This document shows positions 9,223 through 20,100 of a DNA stretch of 64,000 nucleotides, piece by piece. The stretch lies in assembly GCA_038227875.1 (NCBI GenBank), contig JBBRPR010000020.1, positions 32,001-96,000 of the forward strand, read 5' to 3'. Under the pieces are notes generated by a model that was not told where the DNA came from, did not search any database, and saw only the letters and a program-made list of their open reading frames with translations. Both the position numbers and the translations under genes were made by a program. Numbering within the stretch: position 1 is the first letter of the stretch; each line of letters starts with the position of its first letter. The DNA comes from Planctomycetota bacterium (GTDB lineage Bacteria; Planctomycetota; SZUA-567; H5-PLA8).

Positions 9223-10413
9223 ATGCATTATAGTATCGGTATGGAATCCTCGAATCAGCTTCAGATGCAACACGTCCTTGTCGCCTGCGCGACGTTCAAG
9301 GGGACGATGTCGTCGAAAGAGGCCGGTGAAGCCGTCGCGCGCGGACTGACAAGCGTGGGGATTCATTCTCGCATCGTGGTTCTCGCCGATGGCGGCGAGG
9401 GACTTGTGGAAGCGCTGGCCAATCAGGTGAAGGGCGCACTGCTCGTCGGCGTGCCGAGCCGCTGTCCGTTGCTCCACCCGCGCACGGCGATGTTCGCGGT
9501 GCTGCCGAAGACCTCGCGGCGCACGGTCAGCACGGTTGTGATTGAAATGGCTGCGTCGAGCGGGCTGAACCTCGTGCCGGAAGCGCAGCGCGATCCGAAG
9601 ATCACGACGTCGTTGGGCGTGGGTGATCAGATTCTCGCGGCGCTGGAACATCAAGGGGAACACATCCAGATTCTGCTCGGGCTGGGCGGCAGCGCTACGA
9701 ACGACGGCGGCGCTGGCATGGCTCAGGCGCTGGGCGCGAAATTGCTCGACAAGAGCGGGGCGGAATTGGAACCCGGCGGCGCGGCGCTGTTGAACCTCGA
9801 CCGCATCGATATTTCCGGCATGGATCCGCGGCTGGCAACGGTGCCCGTGACCGTGGCGTGCGACGTGACGTCGCCGCTGTGCGGTCCGACGGGCGCGAGT
9901 TTCGTTTTCGGCAAGCAGAAGGGTGGCACGCCGGACGACCTGAAAATTCTCGACGAAGCCCTGGCGCATTACGCCGATGTGATTCGACGTGATCTGGGCA
10001 AATCGGTCGCCGACATTCCCGGCTCCGGTGCGGCCGGCGGGTTGGGTGCCGGGTGCCTCGCCTTCTTGAATGCGACATTGAAACCCGGAATCGAGATTGT
10101 GCTGGACGCGGTAGACTTCGATCGTTCGCTGAAAAACGCGCTGCTTGTGGTCACCGGCGAAGGACTGCTCGACGACCAGACGCTGATGGGTAAAGCGCCA
10201 GCCGGCGTGGCCGCGCGCGCCAAGCGTGCGGGTATCAAGTGCGTGGCGATCGGCGGCTCATACGCGGAAGCGCATCGAGCCCAATTGCTGGACGCGTTTT
10301 CAATTGTCGAATCCGTGAGCGAATTTGCCGGATCGAGCGAAGCGGCGATGCGAGAACCGTCGCGCTGGCTGGAAAATCTGGTTCACGACCGCGCGAAAGG
10401 CTGGCTGGCGTGA
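9223..10413 (+). CDS. Glycerate kinase (GlxK/GarK family); true start probably 9241 or 9265
   Basis: ADGGEG, IEMAASSG, GLGGSATNDGGAG, FGKQKG, GAAGGLG, TGEG...QTLMGK. Confidence 0.93.
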   Translation: MHYSIGMESSNQLQMQHVLVACATFKGTMSSKEAGEAVARGLTSVGIHSRIVVLADGGEGLVEALANQVKGALLVGVPSRCPLLHPRTAMFAVLPKTSRRTVSTVVIEMAASSGLNLVPEAQRDPKITTSLGVGDQILAALEHQGEHIQILLGLGGSATNDGGAGMAQALGAKLLDKSGAELEPGGAALLNLDRIDISGMDPRLATVPVTVACDVTSPLCGPTGASFVFGKQKGGTPDDLKILDEALAHYADVIRRDLGKSVADIPGSGAAGGLGAGCLAFLNATLKPGIEIVLDAVDFDRSLKNALLVVTGEGLLDDQTLMGKAPAGVAARAKRAGIKCVAIGGSYAEAHRAQLLDAFSIVESVSEFAGSSEAAMREPSRWLENLVHDRAKGWLA

Positions 10414-10513
10414 ATGTCGAATACTGAATGTCGAATGCCGAATATGCCGAGTCAATTTTGAATTGTTGTCGTCACGAACCTAATTTAAAATTCAAAACTC
10501 AAAATTAAAAATT
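10413..10513. repeat. Short heptamer tandem repeats (GAATGTC/GAATGCC type, then an AT-rich TCAAAA(T) type)
   Basis: gaatgtc-gaatact-gaatgtc-gaatgcc, then aatttaaaattcaaaactcaaaattaaaaatt, between glycerate kinase and murQ. Confidence 0.55.
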
Positions 10514-10569
10514 GCTTTAGATGCGTTGACTGATTTCAATGCGCGCTGATTCCTGCCGATACATTCTGC

Positions 10570-11400
10570 ATGACCAAACTCAGCGACCTGGCCACCGAAC
10601 AGTCCAACTCCCGCAGCGCCAAACTCGACCGGCTTTCCATTCCTGAAGTTTTGCGCGTGATCAACCGTGAGGATGCGACGGTGGCGCGCGCGGTAGGCAA
10701 AGCCATTCCGCAGATCGCCGCCGCCACGAAAGTCATTGCACAAAAATTGAAAGCCGGCGGCCGGTTGTTCTACATTGGAGCAGGCACCAGCGGCCGGCTG
10801 GGTTGTTTGGATGCCAGCGAAATGCCGCCCACCTACGGCGTGCCGCACACCCTGATTCAAGGCATCATCGCCGGCGGCCCGCCCGCGCTGACGCGCAGCC
10901 AGGAAGGCGCTGAAGACGACGCAAAAGCGGGAATCGGCGATATTCGAAAGCGCAAAGTCTCCAAGCGCGATGCCGTTGTCGGATTATCCGTCTCGGGGCG
11001 TGCACGGTATGTCCGCGAGGCGCTGAACGAAGCGCGGCGGCGCGGCGCGTTCACGGCCTGCATCACCTGCAACAAAAACTCGCTGCTGATTCCCTGTGCG
11101 GATGTCGCGATCGTGGTGGAGACGGGTCCGGAAGTCGTAGCCGGCTCCACGCGCATGAAAGCCGGCACGGCTCAGAAAATGATTCTCAACATGATCTCCA
11201 CCGCATCGATGGTCCAGCTCGGCCGCGTCAAAGGCAACCGCATGCTGGATCTGCAGATCAAGTGCGAGAAATTGGAAGAGCGCGCGGTGAATCTGATCGT
11301 CGAAGAAACTGGAGTGAGCGCCGCGAAAGCTCTAAAAGCCCTGAAGCAGGCGAAGGGCTCCGTGCGTGCCGCGATCAATCTGCTCAAGTCAAAGTACTAG
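10570..11400 (+). CDS. murQ: N-acetylmuramic acid 6-phosphate etherase
   Basis: TEQSNSRS, GAGTSGRLGCLDASEMPPTYG, EGAED and GPEVVAGSTRMKAGTAQKMILNMIST signatures. Confidence 0.96.
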   Translation: MTKLSDLATEQSNSRSAKLDRLSIPEVLRVINREDATVARAVGKAIPQIAAATKVIAQKLKAGGRLFYIGAGTSGRLGCLDASEMPPTYGVPHTLIQGIIAGGPPALTRSQEGAEDDAKAGIGDIRKRKVSKRDAVVGLSVSGRARYVREALNEARRRGAFTACITCNKNSLLIPCADVAIVVETGPEVVAGSTRMKAGTAQKMILNMISTASMVQLGRVKGNRMLDLQIKCEKLEERAVNLIVEETGVSAAKALKALKQAKGSVRAAINLLKSKY

Positions 11401-11411
11401 GTTCCAGAAAC

Positions 11412-11441
11412 AAAAACTCCCCGCCTAAGCGGGGAGTTTTT
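11412..11441. terminator. Bidirectional intrinsic terminator
   Basis: AAAAACTCCCCGC-CTAA-GCGGGGAGTTTTT between convergent murQ and helicase genes. Confidence 0.85.
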
Positions 11442-11460
11442 ACTTCTCAGTCCTCAGTCG

Positions 11461-12960
11461 TCACGAGCCGCCTTTGTTTTCCCAAGGACGGGTGCGGTTG
11501 CCGCGGCGATTGTTGTTATTGCCGCGCTGCCAGGGTTTCGGGGCCGGGCCGCCATGACCTTGCGGCGCGCGTTCGCTGGCGCGCTCGACTTGCGGTTCGG
11601 ACGTCTGACGATGTCCCGCGCCGCGGATGGGTTCATTGGCCGGGCCGGATGGTGCACTGTAATGCGAATCGCGACGCGGCTGGTTGTAGGAGCGATGTTC
11701 GCCCTGGCCACCACCCTGATTGCGATTCGGGCGGAAGTTGCGTCCGCCTCCGCCCTGCCGGTTTCCACCATAACCGCCGCCTTGGCCGCGATGGCCGCCC
11801 GAACGCGGTGGCGGTTTGGCCACGTGGCGATCGAGTGACGGCGGGTTGACATAGTCGAAGTTCTCGAGCGTCTTGCGTTCGATCTGGCGGGCGATGAACT
11901 TCTCGATCGCCTTCATGTAGACCCAGTCTTCCGCGGCGCAGAGCGTAATGGCATCGCCCGTGGCTTCGGCGCGTCCTGTGCGGCCGATGCGGTGAACGTA
12001 ATCTTCCGGATGCTGCGGAATGTCGTAGTTGATCACGTGCGTGATCGATTCGACATCCAGTCCGCGCGCGGCGATGTCGGTGGCGACCATCACTTCAAAA
12101 CGCCCGTCGCGGAAGCCGCGTAGCGCCTGTTCGCGCTCGCGTTGCGTGCGGTTGGAATGGAGCACCGCCACGGCGTGTCCGTTGCGCTTTAACAACTGCG
12201 CGATGCGGTCGGCCTTGTGCTTCGTGCGGGTGAAAACCAGCAGCGAGTCGTAATTCAGCCGCTCCATCATTTCCAGCAGCAGCGCGGTCTTCTGTTCACT
12301 CGCCACGGGGTACATCGCGTGCGTGATCGTCTCGGCCGGCGAGCGGCGGTGGCCGATCTCGATGACCTCCGGCTGATGCATGGCCCAGCGCGAGAGGTCG
12401 GAGATTTCCGGCGGCATCGTCGCGGAGAACAGCAGCGTCTGCCGCTTCTTCGGGCAGGCTTCGATAATGCGCTTCACATCCGGCATGAAACCCATGTCGA
12501 GCATGCGGTCGGCTTCGTCAAGGACCAGGTGATTGACGCAGCGCAGGTCGATCGTGCGGCGCTGAATGTGGTCGATCAGGCGGCCGGGCGTGGCGACGAC
12601 GATGTCGGCTTCGCGCAGACTGCGTTCCTGCTGCGAGTAGCCGCAACCGCCGTAAATCACGGTCGTCTTGAGATCGGTGAAACGCGAGTAATCGCGAAAC
12701 GCCGTCTCGACCTGCGACGCGAGTTCGCGGGTGGGTTCCAGGACCAGCACGCGCAAATTGCCGTGGCCGTTGAGGTGCGAGAGGATCGGCAGCGCGAACG
12801 CGGCTGTTTTACCCGTACCTGTCTGAGCGCTGCCGATGATGTCTTTACCGGCGAGGCCCAGGGGGATGGTTCGAAGCTGGATCGGCGTGGGGTCAACGTA
12901 CCCCATGGCGCGGACGGCTTTTACAATGGGAGCTGCAAGCTCAAGTTTGCTGAATGGCAT
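11461..12960 (-). CDS. DEAD-box ATP-dependent RNA helicase (RhlE-like) with a Gly/Arg-rich tail
   Basis: Q motif PTPIQ, AQTGTGKT, PTRELA, TPGRL, DEAD, SAT, ARGLD and HRIGRTGR. Confidence 0.96.
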   Translation of the reverse strand: MPFSKLELAAPIVKAVRAMGYVDPTPIQLRTIPLGLAGKDIIGSAQTGTGKTAAFALPILSHLNGHGNLRVLVLEPTRELASQVETAFRDYSRFTDLKTTVIYGGCGYSQQERSLREADIVVATPGRLIDHIQRRTIDLRCVNHLVLDEADRMLDMGFMPDVKRIIEACPKKRQTLLFSATMPPEISDLSRWAMHQPEVIEIGHRRSPAETITHAMYPVASEQKTALLLEMMERLNYDSLLVFTRTKHKADRIAQLLKRNGHAVAVLHSNRTQREREQALRGFRDGRFEVMVATDIAARGLDVESITHVINYDIPQHPEDYVHRIGRTGRAEATGDAITLCAAEDWVYMKAIEKFIARQIERKTLENFDYVNPPSLDRHVAKPPPRSGGHRGQGGGYGGNRQGGGGRNFRPNRNQGGGQGEHRSYNQPRRDSHYSAPSGPANEPIRGAGHRQTSEPQVERASERAPQGHGGPAPKPWQRGNNNNRRGNRTRPWENKGGS

Positions 12961-13124
12961 CGATAGACAGTAACCGCAAGAGAGGGTGAATTCGAGTGAC
13001 GAATGTGTTGAATCGCGAATGCCGAACGTGGAGCGGATGCGTCAGGTGTGAATTTGAATTCATGAAAGCCTGTGGACAAAATCGTTTCTCAGACCAAAAT
13101 TTGGTGATCCATTGAGTCTGTTGA

Positions 13125-15734
13125 TTGCGCCGGGGAAGCGTCTTGAACACTGTGAAATCCGATTCCGTCAGCGGCGATTCAAAGGACGGCGATTCCGCCA
13201 GCGAAGCGACGTTGCGCATCGACGGCGGGACCAAAGCCGCGCCCCTGCACACACCCAAGCCGGCCCCAGCTCCGATTGGCGACGAGACGATTGCCATTCC
13301 GGGCGGCACGGCGGCGGTGCATCCCTCCGGCGGATACGCCATGAGCGTGGAGGAGACGGCATCCGGCCGGATCGTCACGCGCAAATACGCGGTGGAACGC
13401 GAAGTGGCGCGCGGCGGCATGGGCGCGATTCTGCGCGTCACCGATCTGAACATCAAACGCGAAGTCGCGATGAAGGTGATGCTCGGCGAAGCCGATCCGG
13501 TTACCTGCGTCCGCTTCATCGAAGAAGCTCGCATTACCGGGCGGCTTGAGCATCCAAATATCGTCCCGGTCCACGACTTGGGTATCGACGACGAGGGCCG
13601 GCACTACTTCACAATGAAGCTGGTGAACGGCCGAACCCTGGGCGATCTGCTGGATGAAGTACGCATAAAGAAAGAGAAGGGCCGAACGCTCACGCAGTTT
13701 CTCCAGATATTCATCAACACGTCTCACGCCGTGGCGTTCGCGCATTCGCGGGGCGTGATCCATCGCGACTTGAAGCCGGCCAACATCATGATCGGCGATT
13801 TCGGCGAAGTGCTGGTGATGGATTGGGGCTTGGCTAAGGTCAAGGCGGCTCACGGCCAACCGGCCGCCGCGCCGCATGCGCCGGTGAATGTCGACGTGAA
13901 CGCGAACACCACCGATACCAGTCAGACGTTGCAAGGCACGATCATCGGCACGCCGGCATACATGTCTCCGGAGCAGGCGCGCGGTGACATCGAGCACATC
14001 GATGAACGCAGCGATATTTACGCGCTCGGCGCAGTGCTCTATGAAATTCTGACGTTAAAGCCGCCCGTGGAAGGCAAAACCATTGCGATGCTGCTGGGCG
14101 CTGCGGCTGCGGGAAACATTGCGCTGCCGGAATACCGCAGCCCCGAACTAAAAGACAATATTCCGCCGGAGCTCGCGGCCATTGCGATGAAAGCACTCGC
14201 GACGCAGCCGGAGAAGCGCTACCGCACCGTCGACGAACTGATCACGGACATTCACCTTTATATGGAAGGCCGCTCGGTCAGTGCCAAAGAGGACACGGCG
14301 TTCGAGGCATTCCGCAAGCTGATCAACCGCAACCGCGCGGTCAGTCTCGTGGGCGGAGCGGCGCTCGCGACGCTGCTGATCTTCGGCATCATCAGCCATC
14401 AGTTGAATTCCGCGGCCCGCGCGCGGGCGGAAACTCAACGCGCCGTTGCGGAGAAGCATCTGGAAAACCTGCGCGACGAACAACAGCGCCGCCGCACCGA
14501 ACAGAAAAACGCAGCCCCTGCATTTCTGGGCCGCGCAAAGAGCTGCGCCGAAGCGCGGGACTTTGCCGGCGCGTTGCAGGATGTCGCCGTCGCGCTCAGC
14601 TTCGATCCGGAACTGCCCGGTGCGCATCTGTTGAAGGCGCAGATCCACATCGTCAAAAGCGAATTCTCCGACGCGCTGGCCGAACTCGACATCTATTCCA
14701 AATTGAAACCCGAGGACACCGACGCTTTTGAGCTCAAGCAGATCTGCAAAGGGGCCGGGGTGGATGTCACACCCGCGATGGCTTCGGCGCTGGCGGATAT
14801 TTTCATGCGACAGCAGGCGTTCGGGATCGCCGAGAGCATGCATTTGTCCGTCGAGAAGCAGCTGGAAGTCTACCGGCAGAAAGTCGCGAAGGCGTGGCCG
14901 GACAGCGGCGCGAAGCTGTTCAAGGATCATGACGGCCACTGCGTCGTGGATCTGAACCGATCCAAACTCGTCACCGATCTCTCGCCGCTGAAGGACATTC
15001 CCGTGCAACGACTGCAGATGCAGGAGACAGGCGTGCGCGACTTAAAGCCGCTCGAGGGGATGGCGCTGACGCATCTGTTGATGGAAGGCACCGCGGTCAA
15101 CGATTTGACGCCGCTCAAATCGGCGAAACTCGAAGTCTTCAACGCGATGAATGCGCGCGACCTGCGCGATTTGCAGCCGCTGGAAGGAATGCCCATCCGC
15201 TTCCTGAACGTCAGCGGCTGCCGCGGGCTGCGTGACATTGGCATACTCGCCGACATGCCACTGACGGATGTAAATCTGGCACTGACACGCGTGCGTGACA
15301 TCGCGCCGCTGGCGGGCCTGGAGATCAAACATCTCTACCTGACCTCGACGCTCGTCACCGATCTTTCGCCCATCAAGCTGATGCCGCTGGAAGGACTGTG
15401 GCTCGGCAAAACCAATGTCATGGATCTGAGCACGCTCAAGGGACAGCAGCTGAAAACTCTCTCGCTTTACGACTGTGAGAAAATCAGCGACCTGTCGCCC
15501 CTCAAGGGCATGCCGCTGGAGGATCTGGCCATCAATGGTTCAAAAGTTTCGGACCTGACGCCGCTGCAGGGGATGAAACTGAAAGCGTTCTCGTTTACGC
15601 CGAAGAACATCACCAAAGGGCTGGACTTGATCCGCTCCATGGACACGCTGCGGGAGATCGGCATCACGTCCGAGCAGCGGCTGGAGTCGTCGGAGTTCTG
15701 GAAGCGCTACGACGCCGGCGAGTTCAAAAATTAA
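13125..15734 (+). CDS. Hanks-type Ser/Thr protein kinase with a TM helix, TPR-like region and C-terminal LRRs
   Basis: GGMG, VAMK, HRDLKPAN, DWG, GTPAYMSPE; TM VSLVGGAALATLLIFGII; repeated 'VxDLSPLKGMPL' LRR units. Start codon uncertain. Confidence 0.92.
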   Translation: MRRGSVLNTVKSDSVSGDSKDGDSASEATLRIDGGTKAAPLHTPKPAPAPIGDETIAIPGGTAAVHPSGGYAMSVEETASGRIVTRKYAVEREVARGGMGAILRVTDLNIKREVAMKVMLGEADPVTCVRFIEEARITGRLEHPNIVPVHDLGIDDEGRHYFTMKLVNGRTLGDLLDEVRIKKEKGRTLTQFLQIFINTSHAVAFAHSRGVIHRDLKPANIMIGDFGEVLVMDWGLAKVKAAHGQPAAAPHAPVNVDVNANTTDTSQTLQGTIIGTPAYMSPEQARGDIEHIDERSDIYALGAVLYEILTLKPPVEGKTIAMLLGAAAAGNIALPEYRSPELKDNIPPELAAIAMKALATQPEKRYRTVDELITDIHLYMEGRSVSAKEDTAFEAFRKLINRNRAVSLVGGAALATLLIFGIISHQLNSAARARAETQRAVAEKHLENLRDEQQRRRTEQKNAAPAFLGRAKSCAEARDFAGALQDVAVALSFDPELPGAHLLKAQIHIVKSEFSDALAELDIYSKLKPEDTDAFELKQICKGAGVDVTPAMASALADIFMRQQAFGIAESMHLSVEKQLEVYRQKVAKAWPDSGAKLFKDHDGHCVVDLNRSKLVTDLSPLKDIPVQRLQMQETGVRDLKPLEGMALTHLLMEGTAVNDLTPLKSAKLEVFNAMNARDLRDLQPLEGMPIRFLNVSGCRGLRDIGILADMPLTDVNLALTRVRDIAPLAGLEIKHLYLTSTLVTDLSPIKLMPLEGLWLGKTNVMDLSTLKGQQLKTLSLYDCEKISDLSPLKGMPLEDLAINGSKVSDLTPLQGMKLKAFSFTPKNITKGLDLIRSMDTLREIGITSEQRLESSEFWKRYDAGEFKN

Positions 15735-15840
15735 TTTAGTCGAACCTGTCAGGTTTACCTTTTCCCACACTTCAAATGACGGTATTGCGAAAAAATTCTG
15801 TTTCGCGATGATGCTCGCTTCCTTTCGCGGGGAGTGATGC

Positions 15841-17166
15841 ATGCCGGAAACGCAGGATCTCGAAACTCGAACCATTTCCAAAGTGACATGGCGGTTGATC
15901 CCGTTCATGATTTTTTTGTATCTGCTCAATTACCTCGACCGCGTCAACATCGGCGTGGCCAAGCTGCAGATGTCGAAGGATCTGAATTTCAACAACACTG
16001 TCTACAGCATCGCCGTCAGCGCGTTTTACATCGGCTACTGCGCGTTTGAAGTTCCCAGCAACCTGATCATGGACCGCGTCGGCGCGCGCATCTGGATCGC
16101 GCGCATCATGATTTCGTGGGGCCTGGTCTCCGCGGCAATGATGTTCATCACCGGGCCGTGGAGCTTTTACGGCATGCGTCTGCTGCTGGGTGCAGCCGAA
16201 GCGGGATTTTTTCCGGGGATGATTCTCTATCTTTCGTATTGGATTCCCCGTCGCCAGCGCGCACAGGCTGCGGCGTGGTTCCTCACCTCGACGGCGCTCT
16301 CCGGCGTAATCGGCAACCCGCTTGCCGGACAAATCATGCGCCTGGACGGCTACCGCAATCTTCTCGGCTGGCAGTGGCTTTTCATGATCGAAGGCCTGGT
16401 CACGGTCGTCTTCGGTTTCGTCGTCTACTATTACCTCACCGATCGTCCCGAGCACGCCACGTGGCTGGACGATGACGAGCGGACGTGGCTGTGCGATCAC
16501 ATGAACCAGGAAAACGCCGGCAACGCGCACGGACATCACAACATCGGCGTGGCATTGAAGGACAAAAAAGTGTGGTGCTTAAGTTACGTCTACGCCACCA
16601 TTCTGCTCGCGTTCTACTGCATCATTTACTGGACGCCGACGATTTTGAAGCAAGTCCTGCATACGGACGACACGACGCGAATCTCCACGCTCTCCGCGCT
16701 TCCCTTCGTCGCCGCGGTGATCGGCATGGTGCTGATCGGGCGCAATTCCGATCGCACCGGCGAGCACATGCGGCACACGGCCTACGGTTGTCTGGCCGGT
16801 TGCCTGGGAATGCTGATCGCCTGCTATTTCACCAGCTCACCGGCGCTGACGATTCTCGGGCTCTCGATTTCCGCGGCCGGAACCTTCGGCACGCTGGGGC
16901 CCTTCTGGGCGATGCCGGCGAGTTTTCTGCGCGGCGCGGCCGCCGCGGCGGGAATCGCCGCGATCAATGCGCTCGGCAATGTGGGCGGCGGTTTGCTTGG
17001 GCCGCCGGTCATTGGCAGCCTGAAAGATTCCACCGGAACCTACGTCGTCGGACTGGCGATCGTCGCCGGCGCGCTGCTCAGTGGTTACTGCCTTGCGCTG
17101 AGCCTCGACAAGCCAAACTCACCTGAGCCGATTACGCAACCGGCCAGCGCGCCCGCTACCGCTTGA
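15841..17166 (+). CDS. MFS transporter, anion:cation symporter family (tartrate/TtuB-like)
   Basis: NYLDRVNIG, FEVPSN, GARIWIARIM, GAAEAGFFPG and GWQWLFMIEG; about 12 hydrophobic segments. Confidence 0.93.
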   Translation: MPETQDLETRTISKVTWRLIPFMIFLYLLNYLDRVNIGVAKLQMSKDLNFNNTVYSIAVSAFYIGYCAFEVPSNLIMDRVGARIWIARIMISWGLVSAAMMFITGPWSFYGMRLLLGAAEAGFFPGMILYLSYWIPRRQRAQAAAWFLTSTALSGVIGNPLAGQIMRLDGYRNLLGWQWLFMIEGLVTVVFGFVVYYYLTDRPEHATWLDDDERTWLCDHMNQENAGNAHGHHNIGVALKDKKVWCLSYVYATILLAFYCIIYWTPTILKQVLHTDDTTRISTLSALPFVAAVIGMVLIGRNSDRTGEHMRHTAYGCLAGCLGMLIACYFTSSPALTILGLSISAAGTFGTLGPFWAMPASFLRGAAAAAGIAAINALGNVGGGLLGPPVIGSLKDSTGTYVVGLAIVAGALLSGYCLALSLDKPNSPEPITQPASAPATA

Positions 17167-20100
17167 ATTCCATCGTTCCAAATTTGGATGGATTGTGGAA
17201 CGAGTGGCCGACGAATGCCCAGGAGCTGGTCTCCGACGGTTGCGGCTGACGGTTGCGGCAGAGGTTTACGCCCCAGACGCCGCCCTCCTTGGCTTCCGCG
17301 CCGAGTGATTTGAGCGTCACGGACATTTCCACGCGCCACAGTCCTTTTTCCTTGCTCACCGCGGTTTGAATGTCTCCGTTCCAGAGCGGATCGCGGCCGT
17401 CTTCGTCTTCAATCGTGCCGAGACAGTTGATGGCAATGTGCTTGTACGTCTGCTTGTCGTGCTTCGTGTCGAGGAACAATTCCACCGAGTCGTCTTCCCA
17501 GCACGCGTCGTCGCGATTGATGGCGTAACCTTTCAGTTCGCCATACTTCGGCTCGTTGCACGTGAAAAGAAAATAGAGCTTCTCGCCGTCGCAGAGCGTA
17601 TTGACGTGCGTCTGCACCGGCGCGAAAATTCCCTGCGCCAGATTGACGAAGTCGGTGACTTCCGTCGCATCTTTCCAGACCGGATCGCTGCCCTTGCCGT
17701 CGATCGCCGGCCCTTTGGCCACAAGCTTGCAGATGACGCGCCGATCTTCCTCCAGCGCCTGTTTTGGGAACATCGCCCACGCCGCGTCGACTTTCTTCGC
17801 GACCCGATTTTCCTTCATCGCTACGATGTATTCCGCGATCTGGGCGCGCCAGAAATCGAAATACGCCGTTGCCTTCGATTCGTCGTACGTGCCGCCCGCT
17901 TCCGCGCCGGTGGTCTGGCCGATGTCTTCCGGATATTCGGGCAGGAATTTATTCAGCACCGTCAAAAACGCCTGCGTGTCCTTGGCGGCCGGCGTGGTCT
18001 TATCCGTGATGTTCAGCGTTTCATTCAGCAGTTCAAGGTAGCGGTGATCGTCGATGCCTTCGCGTACGTTCTCGTACTTCAACGTATTGAGGAATCCGCC
18101 CGGGCAGACGAAAATTGCCGACGACTCTTGTTCGAAAAAGACCGGCACGTTCGCATTGCAGACTTCCCACGAGTAGACCCACTGCCAGTGGCCCAAGGCT
18201 TTGCACTTCCACAGATAGTAGCCATGAGCAAAGCGCGTGAAGCCGTTGTTATAGCACCAGAAGTCCGCGATCTTTTCGACTCCGGCGAGGTAGATGATGT
18301 TGTCGGAACCCGGCCACGAATGCGTGGACATCACGTCGATCAGCGAAACCAGCGGCGCGTACGGACGGCCGAAAGCGTCCTTGTCACCCATGATCGTAAC
18401 CATGGTTTTCAGTCCGGGAACTTCGCGGGCCAGGCGCAACAGCTTGATCGTGTCGCGCCGGTTGAAATTCCAATCGTTCAATTCGGTTTCGCGCGGTTCG
18501 TCGGTGACTTGCAGGATGCCGTTGATGTCGTTCTTCTTCATCCAATCGCGGACGTCGGCCATCATCTGCTTGAGCGCCGTGTTGTACTGCGGACTGAATT
18601 CGGTGAAGCCGTGCTTCAACAAACCGTACTTCGCCAAGCCATCAACGCCGAATTTGTGGCGACCAGTCATGCCAAATTTCTTGATCGCTGCCGCTTTCAA
18701 ATCATACACATGAAAGTCGAGCGTCGCCGACTGCGTGCCGAAGTCGTAGCTCTTCGCGGTGGGCCCGTCGAACGAGAAGCAATTCAAGCCGTGTTCGGTC
18801 ATGTTCTTGCATTCGGCGTCGAGGATCTTCGATGCCGCTTCGTCGTTGGGGAACGCGTCGATCTGGTGGCTGGAGAGAGCGCCATTGTCCCACATGCCGC
18901 ACTCGGTTTTCGTCTTCGGCAGATCGAATGGATAGACCGTGATCGTCAGTGCAATCTTGGCCGCCTCGCCGTTGGCAGGCGTGAGCGTGATCGTGCCCTT
19001 GTATTCTCCGGCTGGTGTTCCCGCCGGAACGTGCAGCGTCATCCAATACTGCGTGTTCCAATCCTTCTTCAGCTCTGCGTCAAAGTACGGATAAAGCACC
19101 GTCGGCAGCGGCTCGTACCAGAAGCCGTCGACCTTTTGCGGGAAGTATTTGACGATGAACTTCTCCAGCGTTTCTGGCGCGAGTTTCTTGTCGCCCGCAG
19201 CGAGTTCCGAAATCGCGAGCTTGGCCACGCCCAGATCCTTGAGCGGCCGCACCGCGAACGTCACCGGTTCAAATTCGTTGGCCGCGCACGCGACTTTCAA
19301 TCCGTCGGGGATGAGCTCCTCGTTGGTCGGCTGCGAATTCGGATAAACCCGGTACTGGTAATTGCGCGCGAACAACTGGTAACCGCGCTGCTGGTCCGCG
19401 GCATTCGCAGCGACGCCATTCTTCGGCGCTTCGTGATCGCGGACGCGTGCCTGGTTGAGCCACAATCCGTACGCCTCTTCCGCGTAGCAGCATTCAACGA
19501 ACGCGCGACCCTCCTCGGCCATGGCCTTGGGATACACCCACAGCGCGTGGACACCACAATTCTCGAACTTCAGCGCGAGCTTGCCATCCGCAGCTTTCGT
19601 TTCGAAGCGATGACCTTCGAAATACTTGCGGTGGTATTGATCGAAGAGCGAACGAGCAGGGTTGTAGAAAAGATTTGCGCCGTAGTATTGATTGTCGAAG
19701 GTGTAGAAATTCTCCGGCGTAACCTTCACATCCACCAGCGGAGCCTCTCCGGCCAGGATCCGATACGACGAACTGCGCACGCCCTGCCAACTCGTGCCGA
19801 ACGCCACAGCGTGAACTTCGTAATCGCCATCAGGAACTTTGGTCGTGAACGCCAGATTTGTGCCAACAATGTCTGAACCCAACAGCGGGAACTTTGGCTG
19901 CCAGTTTTGTACGCCAATGTCCGTGCCACTCACGCCGTAAGTCTTGTCGTTTTCGAAAATGGACTTTGGATTGATCGGGATCGCACCCGGCGTGGTCGAT
20001 CCGAACGTGAACAGTTGCAGCTTCGACGCGTCGGTGAACACTTTCTGCGCGGCAACCTTGCCGAATTTCAAATTGGCCGGATCGCCCTGGCGTGGAATCG

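Noticed and set aside
15743..15755. AACCTGTCAGGTT short palindrome after the kinase
   Set aside because: Single 13-bp instance; too short to call a REP or to link to the 28-bp family.
17156..17166. Overlapping 3' ends of convergent genes (also 50818-50827 and 34216-34219)
   Set aside because: Short convergent overlaps are common and uninformative.
17366..19876. 836-aa plus-strand ORF
   Set aside because: Antisense shadow of the motif-bearing glycoside hydrolase; typical of high-GC codon bias, with no recognisable motifs.
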